The position numbers were made by a program, and so were the translations under genes. Source: the human T2T-CHM13v2.0 reference genome, Homo sapiens. Taken from it: DNA of 64,000 bases. The stretch lies in the NCBI RefSeq assembly GCF_009914755.1, contig NC_060932.1; one strand, 5' to 3'. The notes under the pieces were generated by a model, which worked only from the letters and a program-made list of their open reading frames with translations, made no database searches and was not told the DNA's origin. Of the stretch, positions 16,050 to 29,650 are shown piece by piece. The first letter of the stretch is position 1. The number at the start of each line of letters is the position of its first letter.

Positions 16050-16226
16050 TCGTGGACTTTGAAGTCAATGAAACTTGTTTGAGCCTCAACTCTTCAGGAC
16101 TCTTCAGGCCTCTGGCATGTTGCTTCATGTCACAAAGTCTGGTTTCCTTATCTTGAATATGTTGGTAGTAAAATCTACTGGGGTTTCTGAAGATTAAATC
16201 ATGTAAACTGTATAGCAAATACACTA
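16050..16226 (+). mobile_element. MIR SINE
   Basis: 'tggactttgaagtca', 'gtttccttatct', 'tgaagattaaat' are MIR core motifs. Confidence 0.6.
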
Positions 16227-16454
16227 TATATGTTAATTCTCTCCTCCAATCTTCTGAAAAGACATTAAGAAATATCATAATATTTAAAAGTTATAGTTAA
16301 CAAAAATACCTTAAAACATTATTTTTTATATTTACTTGGCCATACTTGCCAATACTCATCCATTATTATTCAGTTCAAACATACACTTGGGAAACTAGAC
16401 AGCAGTATGGGAATTTTAAAACCTTATTGTATTTATGTTTAAATTAATGTATTC

Positions 16455-16567
16455 ATTTTTTATTTGTATCAATTGAAGGGGTGCTAGTACAGTTTTGTTA
16501 CATGGATATATTGTGTGATGGTGAAGCCTTGACTTTTGGTGTAACCATTACCCAAATATACCCATCA
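16455..16567 (-). mobile_element. Short L1PB/L1MA 3'-end fragment
   Basis: 'cagttttgttacatggatatattg..tggtgaag...gtaaccattacccaaat'. Confidence 0.6.
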
Positions 16568-16839
16568 TAAAATTTCCCATGTTTTTCTTTTTTAACACAA
16601 ATCTTAAAATAACTGCCCATAATGGAGGTTAAAAATTTGTTAGACATGCACATATTTCTTGTATACATCTTAAAAAATTAACAAAATGTGACAACTCATT
16701 TGAAATCAGAAATAAAGGAAGTTGATAAATGTTACTGCATTAATTTCAGATTTTGAGATTGCATTAATAGAAGAATGTTTCTGATAGAAATTGTAAAATT
16801 TGAAAAGCTTCACTTAGAAAAAAAGATAAATTTGATTTT

Positions 16840-17029
16840 GTTTTTATTTATTTATTTTTATTTTAATTATTTATTTTTTTTCAGAGACAGGATCTTGCTC
16901 TGTCACCCAGGCCAGAGTGCAGCAGTGTGATCATGGCTCACTGAAGCCTCGACCTCCTGACCTCAAGCAGTTCTCTGCCTCAGCCTCCCGAAGTGCTGGG
17001 ATTGTGGGCATGAGCCACGGCACGCTGCC
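16840..17029 (-). mobile_element. Alu monomer (FRAM/AluJ-like)
   Basis: Single-arm antisense Alu with a T-rich tail. Confidence 0.8.
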
Positions 17030-17569
17030 TGAATGTTATTTTGTGTAGAAATAGTTAAAGCACTGTTGTCCCTGTTAGGATATCTTAAAAGGAAGTACTC
17101 TCAATTTGGTTGAAGTGTTGGGGTGAGAGAATGAAAGATGGCTGAGGAGAAGTAGTAGCTCATAACATACAGAGAATTCAGGAAGAAGGAATTGAGGTTT
17201 TGTACTTGAGTAGGAGTCACTGGAGAAACCCAGAGGTAGAAGTTGAAATTTAAGAGGGAGCTCATAGATGAGGTATGAACTTAAGTAGCTTCTTCACTGC
17301 CCCATACTCAAGAGGGCAGATGTGCGAGAAGGACCCATTCCCTTGAGTCTGCAGCTACTTCCAGAGTTTTCAGCTCTCAAATTCCTTCCAGATAGAAGCA
17401 ACCTCTTACCAATCATTTCAAAAAATCCCTCAACAGTTTCAACTATTCGATAAATAGAAAGTACAACCAATTTTTAAATTAGTAGAAATAACTTTTCCTA
17501 CCCACTTCTCCAAAATTAAGTGTAAGATAACTCCAAAAGTCATTTATTATTCTAAATTACATTTTCCTT

Positions 17570-17663
17570 GAGAACAACCTGGACATGAAATGGGTTTAGT
17601 TCATCTTTGTTCAATGGGTGTTGCTCATGTGTGATGCACAAATGAATGTTTGTTGAATGAATA
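17570..17663 (+). mobile_element. L2 3' end fragment
   Basis: Ends in 'aatgtttgttgaatgaat', the typical L2 tail. Confidence 0.5.
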
Positions 17664-17794
17664 ACAGATGTAGTGTTTTGTGGATCTACAGAAAACCATC
17701 AGGATCATGTCATAGAAACAGGGCATGTTGTTAATACTGTATCTAGAAATGCCTTAATTTCAGGCAAGCCTTTTCCACTTCTGTCTGCTCTAAC

Positions 17795-17985
17795 CTAGGG
17801 TTTCTCACCTCAGTACTACTTACACTGTGCGATGATGTCTCTTTTACAGGGGTCTGGCCAGTACCTTGCAGGATGGTTAGCTGCATCCATGGCCTCTGCC
17901 CACTGGATGACAATAGCGTCATCCCCTGTTGTGGCAACCAAAATGTGTCCAGGAATTTCCAAATATCTTCTGAGCACTTGGGGGC
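17795..17985 (-). mobile_element. MER20 (hAT-Charlie)
   Basis: 'gcatccatggcctctgcccactggatg' and 'gttgtggcaaccaaaatgtgtccag'. Confidence 0.8.
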
Positions 17986-18007
17986 CGAGAAGCAAAACTC
18001 ACACCAA

Positions 18008-18108
18008 AGTTACCCCAAGATCATAGCTGTAACACAGCCATGCAGTTACCCCAAGTTCATAGCTGTAACACAGCCATGCAGTTACCCCAAGATCATAGCT
18101 GTAACACA
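18008..18108. repeat. 36-bp tandem repeat, about 2.8 copies (agttaccccaagatcatagctgtaacacagccatgc)
   Basis: Units start at 18008, 18044 and 18080; one mismatch in total. Confidence 0.95.
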
Positions 18109-20830
18109 AACTAAAACCTTTGCAGCTATAGAGCAGAAATCATAAACCAAAAAGCCCACTGGTACCATGGGGAGTGTGGCAGTTGAGGGGTGTGGATCTC
18201 AGACACTCACTAGAGAGTTAACATTATGTTTAAAACAGGAACTTGTTATTCAGGTATTCTTACTATGTGAGCAGAAACCTGTAATCCAGATGTATTTATG
18301 AAATTCCTAATATTTAAATCCTAACAGTTACTTCAAATTCTATTCGTAAGCTTGGTGTCTGCTACATCTATGAAAGTCAAACAAAATGCATGCATGGGCT
18401 GTCCTTAGAGCTTAGGCAGTTCTATTTCAAAGGACTGCCATAGAGATAAAAGACAGGGGTACTGCATATATCAGTGCTGCCAGTATCCCTGGATATTCTG
18501 ATATTCCAGGAGGGAAATGTAGCCTTGCCTCCAACAATTAACTTACTGATCTATCTAATCATTCTTTCCATAATCACTATGCTGGGTAGAGGCAGGAAAT
18601 AATGAGATAAATGTGAATGTAAAATTTAACTTTTGCCTTAGACATACATAACTGTTTTTTTGTTTGTTTTTTGTTCTTTTTTTTTTTTTTTTTCAGTTTA
18701 AAGCTGTCTGTTTCAACTTCAAATTCCTTGGGGTAATTAGTCTTTCAACAGACTTTTTTTTCTTGTCTCCCTAATAGTACCCAGTCAGTGGCAAGTTACT
18801 TGGGCAGGCCCTTGGACAGCATGGGACAAAGGTCCTCAGACCCTGTCTCCACCTTCAGGGCCTAGGACATTTATCATCTGGATCTTCCCAGCATCATCTA
18901 GCTCTGCTGCCAGCATTTTACTGGGACCCAGTCTGGAAATATGCATATTCCAAAACCACAGAGATCCATCCTCACACTTCTTACAAGTCCTCCAGGCCTT
19001 CAGCATCCCAGACTCATCACAGCTTCTTCTAAAATACAACTTAGCAGCCGTGTGGATGCCAGCACCTCTCTAACTGGCTTGTTATATTCCAGGCTGCACA
19101 CTGGAGAGCTCAGTTACTCTTCACTGTGTTTGGGGCTCCATTTCTCTCTTTTCTGGGTTTCTATTTTGTGTATACCCAGCTCCATCCTACAACGAGGCCA
19201 TGGATGTTGGGGATTAGGGGTTATTCAGGACCTATAAGTTCAATCTCTGTTCTCTCTCTCTCTCTCTGAATCTCTCCCTTCATTTTCTAGGAAACGTCTC
19301 CACTTCTTCTCCAACAAGGTGGATTCCTCTCATCATCTTCTCACTTCTGTGTGTTTGTGACTTATAGAAGATCTTGACTTGCCAAAACATTGCATTTGTT
19401 ATATAAAGAAAGAATTTTATCTAGTCAAATACTTTTATGGCAAGAGACTCAAAGAAGATTGTCTTTGAAGCCCATATGCTTAATTAGTTCTTTTGTTCTG
19501 GTGGTATTCGCCCTCCACAAAATTGGGTGAGGGCCATTGATCTGGGTTGTGGGAATTCACAATGCAATAGCCTTCCATGGTATGGCAGCACCTTCACGGG
19601 CCTGTGCATCTTTGAATCATTATTTTATATCTCCAGGCCTGTGAAACTTCAGATGAGTCACATAATCTCTTAAGCATTTGTTGTGAACGATTCTGAGTAC
19701 TCCATGAGTCAATGGCTCCTGATACAAACGGAAGCGCTGATGTTGCCTCCCACCCACTCAGCAGGGGGATGGCCGGGGGGCCTCCATCCTCGCATGGCAT
19801 CTACACAACTGTGCTCACATCACCCCGGAGTCCAGGCATCTAATGCTTCAGAGGGAGCTGGAATTTCCTTTTTCTCTTTAAAACTTTCTAGTGATTTTCT
19901 TAAGAAATTTTAAAAGTAATTTTGTGTTGATATCACCTTGAGATACTAGGAAATCAGAGTTGCAAATGTTAATTTTTTATTAACCTAATGCAATATTTTA
20001 AAACAATGGAAGTAAACTGCCCCCTAAAAAGCTGTATTTTCTTGTGTTATTAAATAGTAGTTTGCTAAGCAATTAGTGATAAATTAGCCAAAACAAAACA
20101 AAGCAGCCAAATACCCATTTCTGATAGCACCTATAATAAGCTAAAGTCCCAGTGGAGGGCAGGGCTTGGGTGAGGAGTGCAAGATGCTGCCCAGGAGCAC
20201 TCAGAGACTCCAACTCTTCCCTCAGCCACATGTCTGTAGGTCTTGCCCCATCCTCTATCTCATCATCCAGGACATACAACATTCATGTTACAAACGCTGA
20301 TGCAGAACTCGGTAAGTCCCTGGCACCGTTCTAGGCATTCTGCAGTTTTCCTAACCAGCGTCCACTGCAGGCCCTGCTATCCTCTCCAGGTTTAGAAGAC
20401 AATAGGGCCTGCAGAATAGGTTTGACAGAAAGCAAGGTGGAGAATGTGTCCAAGATCACCTCATATTACCCAAGTGTTGTACTTTCCTCTCACTAAGGAT
20501 AACTCATCTTTTCCTAAGCCAACGGTGGCCTGAGAGTGAGGCTGACTGGCTGAGCTCCAAAGCACTCACTGTGTCACCAAGCTGCTGCTGATTGCACACC
20601 CTCTGCAGACATTTAGGCTGGCTGAGCCCCTAGAGAGAGTGGTAAGACCCAATGCTCTTCCACAGTGGGATTGTGGGGTATGCCTTAAAGCACTCCCAGG
20701 AGGCCAGAAGTGCATGGCAAGGGAAGAGTTTTGTGCTCCTGGAAACTCACACAGTGGCTTCTAAAACTCACTACCTGCTCTGTGACTGGACATAGGAGGA
20801 AGCAAAGGCCACTTCTGAATTCCCTGCACT

Positions 20831-21397
20831 TTGTTTATTTATTTATCATTTATTTTCGATTCCAGAGTACATGTGTGGGTTTGTTACATGCATAAGTTGC
20901 ATGATGATGAGGTTTAGGATTCTAGTGTACCCATTATCCAAATAGTAAACATTTTAACCAAAAGATAATTTTGCAACCCTCGTTCTCCTCCCACCTTCCC
21001 CCCATTTGAAGTCCCCAGTGTTTATTATTTCCATCTTTATGTCCATGTGTACCTGTAGTTTAGCTCCCACTTATAAGTGAAAACACACAGTATTTAGTTT
21101 TCTGCTTCTGAGTTATTTCACTTAGGTTATGGCCTCCAGCTTCACCTGTAGTGCTGCAAAAAACATGATTTTGTTCATTTTTATGGCTGCATTGTATTCC
21201 ATCATATGTACCACGTTTTCTTTATCCAATCATCCCTTGATAAGCACCTAGGTTGATTCCATGAGTTTTCTACTGTGAATAGCACTGCAAAAACATGTGA
21301 GTGCAGGCGTACTTTTCATATAATGATTTCTTTTCTTTTGGGTAGATACCCAGTAGTGGAATTGCTGGATTGAATGGTAGTTCCAGTTTTATCTCTT
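20831..21397 (-). mobile_element. L1PA16/L1PB-like 3' end
   Basis: T-rich tail, 'tagctcccacttataagtga', 'gggtagatacccagtagtgg'. Confidence 0.85.
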
Positions 21398-21422
21398 AAA
21401 GAAAAAAAACAAACAAACAAGC

Positions 21423-21500
21423 AAAAAACAGATGTTAACATCCATGCGAAGGAAATGGAACACTTATATACTGTTGGTGGGAATGCAAATTAGTACAGTC
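21423..21500 (+). mobile_element. Inverted 5' segment of the adjacent L1
   Basis: Sense-strand L1 'aacagatgtt...gaacacttatatactgttggtgggaatgcaaattagtaca'. Confidence 0.75.
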
Positions 21501-24403
21501 CGCAAACTTTCTACCAGGTTCCCTCAGGAGTGCTTTCTTTGGCCTTTCCGTACATCAGGTTTGTGTCTTCATATTGAGAACTGCCTCTGAACTACTTTTT
21601 AGTAAATAGAATGAAGTGCCATGGACTAATATGTCAGCTCCCCCTCCTAATCCCACCTGTACCCACCTCTGGCTACTTCCTGGCAGGCCTTCACAAAAAC
21701 TTTTTGTGTCACTCATTTTCTCCCTGAATTTTGCCACCAGAGGACACATAAAGGCAATTGAGAGTTTTCATTTTAATTTTTTTAGTGCTAAAATTCTAGC
21801 TTTCTGTTGGCGCCACGTGAACAGCTGTTCAGTCTTCATATTCAGAGATAAAATGAAGATATTTAATTTGTAGCAGCGTGATCACAGGTGGGACAAGGTC
21901 GCAGCCAAGAATATAGTCTATCAACCATGGGACAAAATGACTAAGGCCTCTTTTTTGTAGGGCCTTTGAGGGCCATTTGCAAAAAAAAATAATGCAATCA
22001 ATTTAACTTCTCTCAGCCATGAAGACTATAACTCTAAGCAAGTGATTGCTTGGTCAGATTTGTAGGAAGCCAAAGTTATTTTTTGTGAAGCAGAAGAAAT
22101 TGGGATGATGAGAGAGAAGGAATGACAAAAAAGTGAGTTAATTCTAAACAAGCTTTTATTTATAACTTATCTGCTTATAAAAGAAGAGGTGTCCTTGAAG
22201 GAGAACACTGGCTCATGGGAGCCCCTGGTAAGATAGAAATAGTGCATTTTTAGAAAGAGGGGACTGTCAACACCAGCTACCCAGGCACCATGATTCTCTA
22301 CAGCCACACCACCTGTAATTTAGCAGATAGTGAATAGAAGAGCTACCACAAGACTCTGGCTGTTCATCCTTCACACACGTACTATAATGTGCAGTGAAAA
22401 AGAAGAACATCATTTATTCTTTTATGAGATACAATTACAGAGCATCCTGGGTGATTGCATTGGAAGAAACTGCATATATCCTAATACATGTATTTCCTTA
22501 TATTCAATTCAGAGAAAAGCTAGCCTGGAAGACTGCCCTTGTTTAAAAGCTAAACAAAACAAGCTGTTAACCTTGGAATAACCTTCATTCTGGGCCCACA
22601 TTCAAAACGTTCACAAAAGTTCTGCTTAGCCAGTGTTAATTATTAAGTTAAAAAAAATCACAGGAGGCTAATGTTTTTTGTTGAATATATTGGTTTAAAA
22701 GATGATCAGATATTTTTTATTGAGTATATGTCTGTGTCATAAGTAGATTCGATTTTGAACATAAAAACATTTTAAAGGCACAGATGTCCAATGGTATATT
22801 GAAATGCAAATTTACTAATACTGGTGCACAGGTTAGCACAGGTTTTTGCAAAGATACGTATGTTCCATAATAAAGTGAAAAACAAAATAAAATAACACAG
22901 GTGAACGAAAATTTCTAATGATGTTCAATATATGTAACTCGGACTATTATTCTGAGAATATGTCAACATTTTGCAAAACGCTCATTTGCAGAGAATTGCT
23001 TTATGAACTATGACATAGACACATGGTATACAGTACTTGTGATATGGACTGATTTCAGTACATCATGAGATGTGTGCCTAAATTTGCATATATAGATTGT
23101 GAGTTACATTACAGGATTTTGCCAATGTTAAACTTTCTTATTTTATTAACTTCTGTGGTTGTGTAGTAATTCAGGGCTTTGGAATTACTACATATTAGTT
23201 TAAAATATGTGAGATTGTTAAAATTTGAAAATCATTTTTCTTTATTCCAAAATTGAAATAAAATTTGAAAATGTATTTAAAATAGTGTAACTTAAAAACT
23301 AATAATTTTAATATGAAAAATTTATGCTAGGAAGATATTAATTTGAAAAAAGCAAAAAATAATATAATTGTGAAAAAATCAAATCATTTGCATATCTAAA
23401 CATTGAGAAGGGTTAAATAAACAACTTTATTCAGGTATATGTTATTAGGATTTTGTGAAACATGGCAGAAACATGTTTGTTTTTATTTTATGGAAAAAGC
23501 AAAATACAGCTTGCTTTGGTGTATATTTAAAAAAGCAAATTCTAGGAATAGGAAAAAAGTGATTAGAGCACAGCAGAATACAAATAGTGGTTTTCCTCAG
23601 GAATTACAAAATACATTTCAAAATTTAATTTCAAAATACATGACAAAATTGTAAATATGTTAAAAATGTCTCTTAGTGGAATTAGTAGGCCAGGTATTTT
23701 CTGGTTCACAGAAAAGCTCTAAGTTAATTGATGAGAGAAGGAGCTTTCCTGGATGGCTAGTTTTCTCCCTTCTGATGCTGAATTTGGCTTACAAAGTAAT
23801 ATCGCCTGAGATTTGAAGACACTCTCTTTAGTGGAAGTGCACTGCAGTGAGGACAATTTTCTTGGATGGCGAGGTCCCATGAAGAAATGTCTCTTTCTAA
23901 AACTTTCCTTGCTTGCTGAGCCCACGGTCCACCCGGCTGCCTTCTCTCTTAGGACCCCAAACAGGGGAAGTACATGGACGAAAGAACTGCAAATGCTCCC
24001 ATTTCCATGTCACCAAGGTCATCATGTCATTTTAACAGTGACATAGCAAAAGACGTTTCCACACTCTATTAGGTGATACAAATAATCACCTCTTTATAGC
24101 TTGATTTACTGAATTATATACAAAAGTAATTCAAAGCAGAAAAAATTTTCATGCACTTAACCTTGATTTCCTTATTTTTCACTTGTAAAGACATCTCAAT
24201 TACTTCTGACCAAAAAATCAAAACCAAAAAGCAATAAACAGCTTCTCATAAAAAATTCAAAACCTTCATTGAAATAAAATTGTATTTCTGAAAGCTAAAC
24301 CAAAAACAACTTGTTGGAATAAACGTAGGAGAGAGACTAATATCAGAATTATTTTCCTTAATCCTATTGTCTAACTCCAGTGCTCTCTCTCTTTCTGTAT
24401 CTA

Positions 24404-24463
24404 GTGTGTGTGTGTGTTTGTCTATATGTGTTGTGTGTGAGTGTGTGTGTGTGTGTGTGTGTG
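24404..24463. repeat. Imperfect (TG)n microsatellite
   Basis: Directly visible. Confidence 0.9.
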
Positions 24464-24534
24464 ATCTTTCAGATGGGCATTGCAGTGGCTGGGTCAAGCA
24501 GGTTAGCTAACTCTCTTTAAAACCACCTGCAGCA

Positions 24535-25009
<475 letters not shown>

Positions 25010-25498
25010 TCAGGTACAGAAGTGACAAAATAAACCTTCCAGCACTGGAGGATGCACTATTGGAAGCTCCAATGTGATGTGTCTCCTGCGAGGGCTGCTG
25101 CATGCCCCACTACGGAGATGCTTATTGATGGTTGTACCAAAGGGGATGTATAGGCAGCTGTGGACAAGGAAAGGCTGGCTTTTGCCACAGCCTCTTTCAG
25201 TTTTGATTACGGTGGAAAGCTGTACCACTTGTCTTACCCACAATTAAGAAAGAGTCTGGGGTGTGAGGGTATGATTCATAGAAACCAAACTAGAAATGAT
25301 AACAGTAATTTAGCAGGGAATAAGAGAATAGCAAGTTCAAAGAAAAATTCAGAGGAGGCCCAGAATGTGTGCAATATTTATGCAAGCACATAGCAACAAT
25401 ATTTATTACTTCCCTGGGTAGATACTATTTGTGGCAATTGTAATACCAGTAAGTACAAATATTTAACTAAAATTTACAAGTGTTCAGACATAGTATTT

Positions 25499-25501
<3 letters not shown>

Positions 25502-25530
<29 letters not shown>
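25502..25530. repeat. (TG)n microsatellite
   Basis: Directly visible. Confidence 0.9.
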
Positions 25531-25533
<3 letters not shown>

Positions 25534-26169
25534 ACATATATATAATGTTTTAAGTTAAAATGCCATGTTAATCCATTTTAAAGTCAATCACAAGCAGCTT
25601 TTTTAATATAAAATCTCTGGAATTTATTATAAACATGTCTTGGCTATGAGGAGCATTACTCTTGAATTATATAAACATATGGAATTTCTAGGTAGAAGCA
25701 CAGCATTTCATATTTTACAGAAGCAAATGAAAAGTAACTCTAAAGGAAAACATTCAGTAAATGAAATCCTACCTACACCACCAGCCCAAAGCCAACCCTT
25801 ACTGGTAACCTAATGCAATTAAATCCAAGAATCTCTATCCTAAAATAAGTAAATAAGCTCATCTCTTGATTTTGAATCAACTCTCGCCTGGGTGCTCCTC
25901 CCCAGGTTGATTTCTTGCCTTCGCCTCTCATTCACATCTCAGTCCCATTCAATTTCTATTTCTGTCACTACCACTCTCTTGAAACGTACTTTGTTAAATC
26001 ATCAATTATACTATGAATAATGAATAACAAAACCAACAGAAATATTGTTACATTATTATTATTATCATCATCATTATGGCTTACTTATTGATTCTCAACT
26101 AAGTAATATGCTAAGTGCTTTACACTCCTGTTGTAATTTAATTTTCATAATACCACTATAAGGTACATT

Positions 26170-26330
26170 GGAGGATGGGGTCTGGGGAGAGTATTAGGGA
26201 AAAGAGCTAATGCATGCTGGGCTTAATACCTAGGTGATGGGTTGACAGGTACAGCAAACCACTATGGCACATGTTTACTATGTATCAAACCTGCACATCC
26301 TGCACATGTATTCCGGAACGTTAAAAAATA
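26170..26330 (+). mobile_element. Short L1PA (about PA11-13) 3' end, next to an antisense MIR fragment
   Basis: 'gctaatgcatgctgggcttaatacctaggtgatgggttga...aacctgcacatcctgcacatgta'. Confidence 0.85.
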
Positions 26331-26704
26331 TATATAGTTTACACATGAATAAGTGATGCTTAAGGAGAATTCTTAGGCCAGTGAAGGTATTTTGTACTGT
26401 AATGATACTATAATGGTGGATACATGTCATTACACATTTGTACAAACCCAGGAAATGTACATGGCCAATATTTAAACCTGTGCACCGTTTGGAGTAGTCG
26501 GGACTATTTTTAAAATACCTACATCCTATTCCTGACGATCTTGAAGTAATTGCTCTGAGGAAATTGTGTTAGCTTTTTCTTTGAGTTCCTTATTGACATT
26601 GTGAGGTCAAAAGGGTTATCTGTTTGTGTTTGCCACTAGAAAACATACAGCTAATTTTGTGACCTACCTGTAGCAACGTATGAAATTTTTGTGATATTCA
26701 TCTT

Positions 26705-28025
26705 AAAAAATTAATTTAGAATAATTTTATATTTACAAAAATTATGAATATAGTAGGGAAATTTCTATAAACCCAAACCTAGTTTTCCTTGTTATTAAGA
26801 CATAATAATATATAACAATAAACCAGTATTTATACTTTATTAATAAAAATCCACACTTTATTCCAATTTCCTTAGGTTTTACTTAATTTTCTTTTTCATA
26901 CTAGTGTCCCATCCAGGATATCACATTGTGTTTAGTGGTCATTGCTTAACAGGCTCATTTGGGTTACAATAGTTTTTTTCAAACTTTTCTTATTTTTTTA
27001 TTACCTTCATAATTTTGAAAAGTACTGAGTAGGTGTTTAAAGAGTATTCCTCCTTTGGTATTTTTCTGATATTTTCTCATAATAATACTGGATTTATGGG
27101 TTTTATGGAGAAAAGCCAGAGAGGTGCAGTGTCATTTTCATCACATCATTATCAAAGGTAAATAATATCAACATGATTTATAACTGCTGATGTTGACCTT
27201 CATCAACTGGGAAGGGTAGCATTGATCAGCCTTCTCCACATTGAAATTACTCTTTTTTTTCTCATATTTTAATTTTGTAAGAAAGTTACTATGCTTATTT
27301 TACACATAAAGAGTGGGAAATTACGCTCTGCCTCATTGAGGGCAGAGAATCTACAGAAGCTCTTTGAAATCCTTCTGCAAGAGAGATATGTTTATTCCTC
27401 TCTAATATTTATTCAATCATTAATTTATATGAGTATGGACTTGTGAATATTTATTTTATGATTTCTGTATTTGATTCCCAAATTACTTTTATCTTGGCCA
27501 CTAGGAACTCTTTCAGTTAACCTGTGTGTCCCTTCGGTGTATTGCTGTCATTGTGTTTGTTTATTACTCAGTATTTTATTACTTTCTGATATGATAGGGT
27601 GCTTCAAGTTTATCTTGCAAATTTTCTGGCCAAGTCCTAGAATGAGCCATTTCTTCATGAAAACACTGTGGTGTTTTGTTTTGTTGTTGTTGTTGAATAC
27701 TATTAGACACAAAGATCTGTGCAGTAGATGTGCTGACTGTTATTTGGATGTCATTGGTTCTAGGCCCTCTAAGCTAATAGAGAAAGGGAATATATGTGTG
27801 TATACACACTGCTGTCTTTACACATATCTGTAAATCTTTCTGTAAGTAAATATCTTCATCTATATTGAGCTGAAGATGAGTTCATTTTGACACGTCAAAT
27901 TATAACCCATTAACCCATGAATCATCCCAGTCTCCACCACTTGTTTATGACTTTTCATTCCATGGTGAGAAAACTGGTTCCCACCATCCACAGTACTCAG
28001 TACTCTCACTGAATTATTTAATTAT
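26705..28025 (-). mobile_element. L1MC-like 3' UTR
   Basis: 'cccatccaggatatcacattgtgtttagt', 'gatgttgaccttcatca', 'ggtgagaaaactggttcccacca'. Confidence 0.7.
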
Positions 28026-29600
28026 GTATATATTAATTTTCCAAATTATATGGCCAGGAACAAAAGGGCTTTCTAAATCTGGCTCTTACCTTCTTTCTTG
28101 AACTTCATGTTTTTCTATTTGAGGCTCACAGAATCTTATCTTCTAGAAATATTTACAATAAACTCATTTTAATCTATACAATGAACATACTCGTTGCTTC
28201 CCTATGTACCTTCCAAATTTCTATTAACCAAAAAAAGCTTATCTCAAATATTGTTGCCTCTGAAAAGTCTTCCTTCAATTCATGGCAAAGTCAGTTCCTC
28301 ACCCCTTCCATTATCTTAACATCATGGCTATTTTCCTAAAATGACATGATTCATATTAGTTCAATGAATATACACTAAATCATTCAATATTTGACATATG
28401 AGTAATTCAACTTTTAATTTTTAATTTATGTATATATTTTTCTGAAAAAGACTATCTTTTTTGAGGGGAGCACAATATTTACATTAATATATCACTAACT
28501 GAAGTTTAATGATTGCATAGTATACTGTATATCGTAGAATAAATGATATTTATTCGACATATTTGGAAAAGTTGAAGAATTAAATTCAACTCAGACTCTA
28601 TTATAAAAAATTGGAAACAGTGAATTAATATCTTACACATAGCCACAGGACGTTTTCCAAAGCCATGATTAAATTTAACTATTTTACTCTTTTTAGTTCT
28701 TTGACCAAATAGATTAGAAAATTTATATTTTTCTTCATAGGGTTTTCATAAGAGATTCAAGTACTTGAATTTCAGGGTTATCAAGTTGAATAAAATACAA
28801 TAATCTATTCAAATGAGAAAATAAGATTCATTTGTATGATTTAAAATAAATGAAAATGGCTGATTCTGTCTTTTTAATATATCAAATAATTTGAAAATTA
28901 AATTTTCTAATTTAAGGATCATACTTCATAAAATATGCATAATTTCCTTTTTAAATAGTGTACCTTAAAAGATTTTCTCCATGCTCTTTCAAACAGTGTC
29001 AGCACATAATATTCACATATATAGAAACTCCTAAAATACCGAACACTTCAAAGATGAACCATGACATGAAGCATCTAAAGACTCGATGTGAAATTATGCA
29101 GTTCTATATTTAACATATCTGTAATTATCAGTGTTCCTCATGAAATCATTTTTATACTGCCATAGGAAAAGGTGGCCCTCATACGAAAACCTTTAGAGAG
29201 TATATATAGTAATAAAGTCCATTGGTTATCTTAGATCTTACATACAGTAATCTATGCATACACTTATTTGGTTTAGGAAAGAGACACTTGAAAATAACAT
29301 TTTATGGTACAAATTGTTTAGTTATTACTTAAGGCTTCATTAAGTACCTAAAGTTAGATTACTGGTGAAATAGGCTCTGGAATATTTTTGCAGGCAGGAG
29401 CTTATAGCTGATGGCCCCTCAAATCAACATCTGGTAGAAAACGGAGGAAGCAGGAGTGGACAACTGTGGTAGATGAATCGTGATAAGATCACAACAAAGG
29501 TGTCAGCCAGTGGGAGTGAGTGCTCTGCAGCTGGGCTCTGCACATGGGAAAAAGGAAGACTTTCAGATAGGTGGTGGGACTTCTCACTGTGGGGGCTGCC

Positions 29601-29650
29601 TGTGTGCATGCATATTTGTGTGTGTCTGTGTGTGTGTGTGTGTTTGTGTG
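29601..29650. repeat. Imperfect TG-rich microsatellite
   Basis: Directly visible. Confidence 0.8.

Noticed and set aside
18008-18108. 36-bp repeats of CRISPR-like length
   Set aside because: Units are directly contiguous with no unique spacers, there are no cas genes, and the context is primate DNA. It is a minisatellite.
22820-23010. Possible ancient Tigger-like MITE
   Set aside because: Too degenerate to assign termini or a family by eye.
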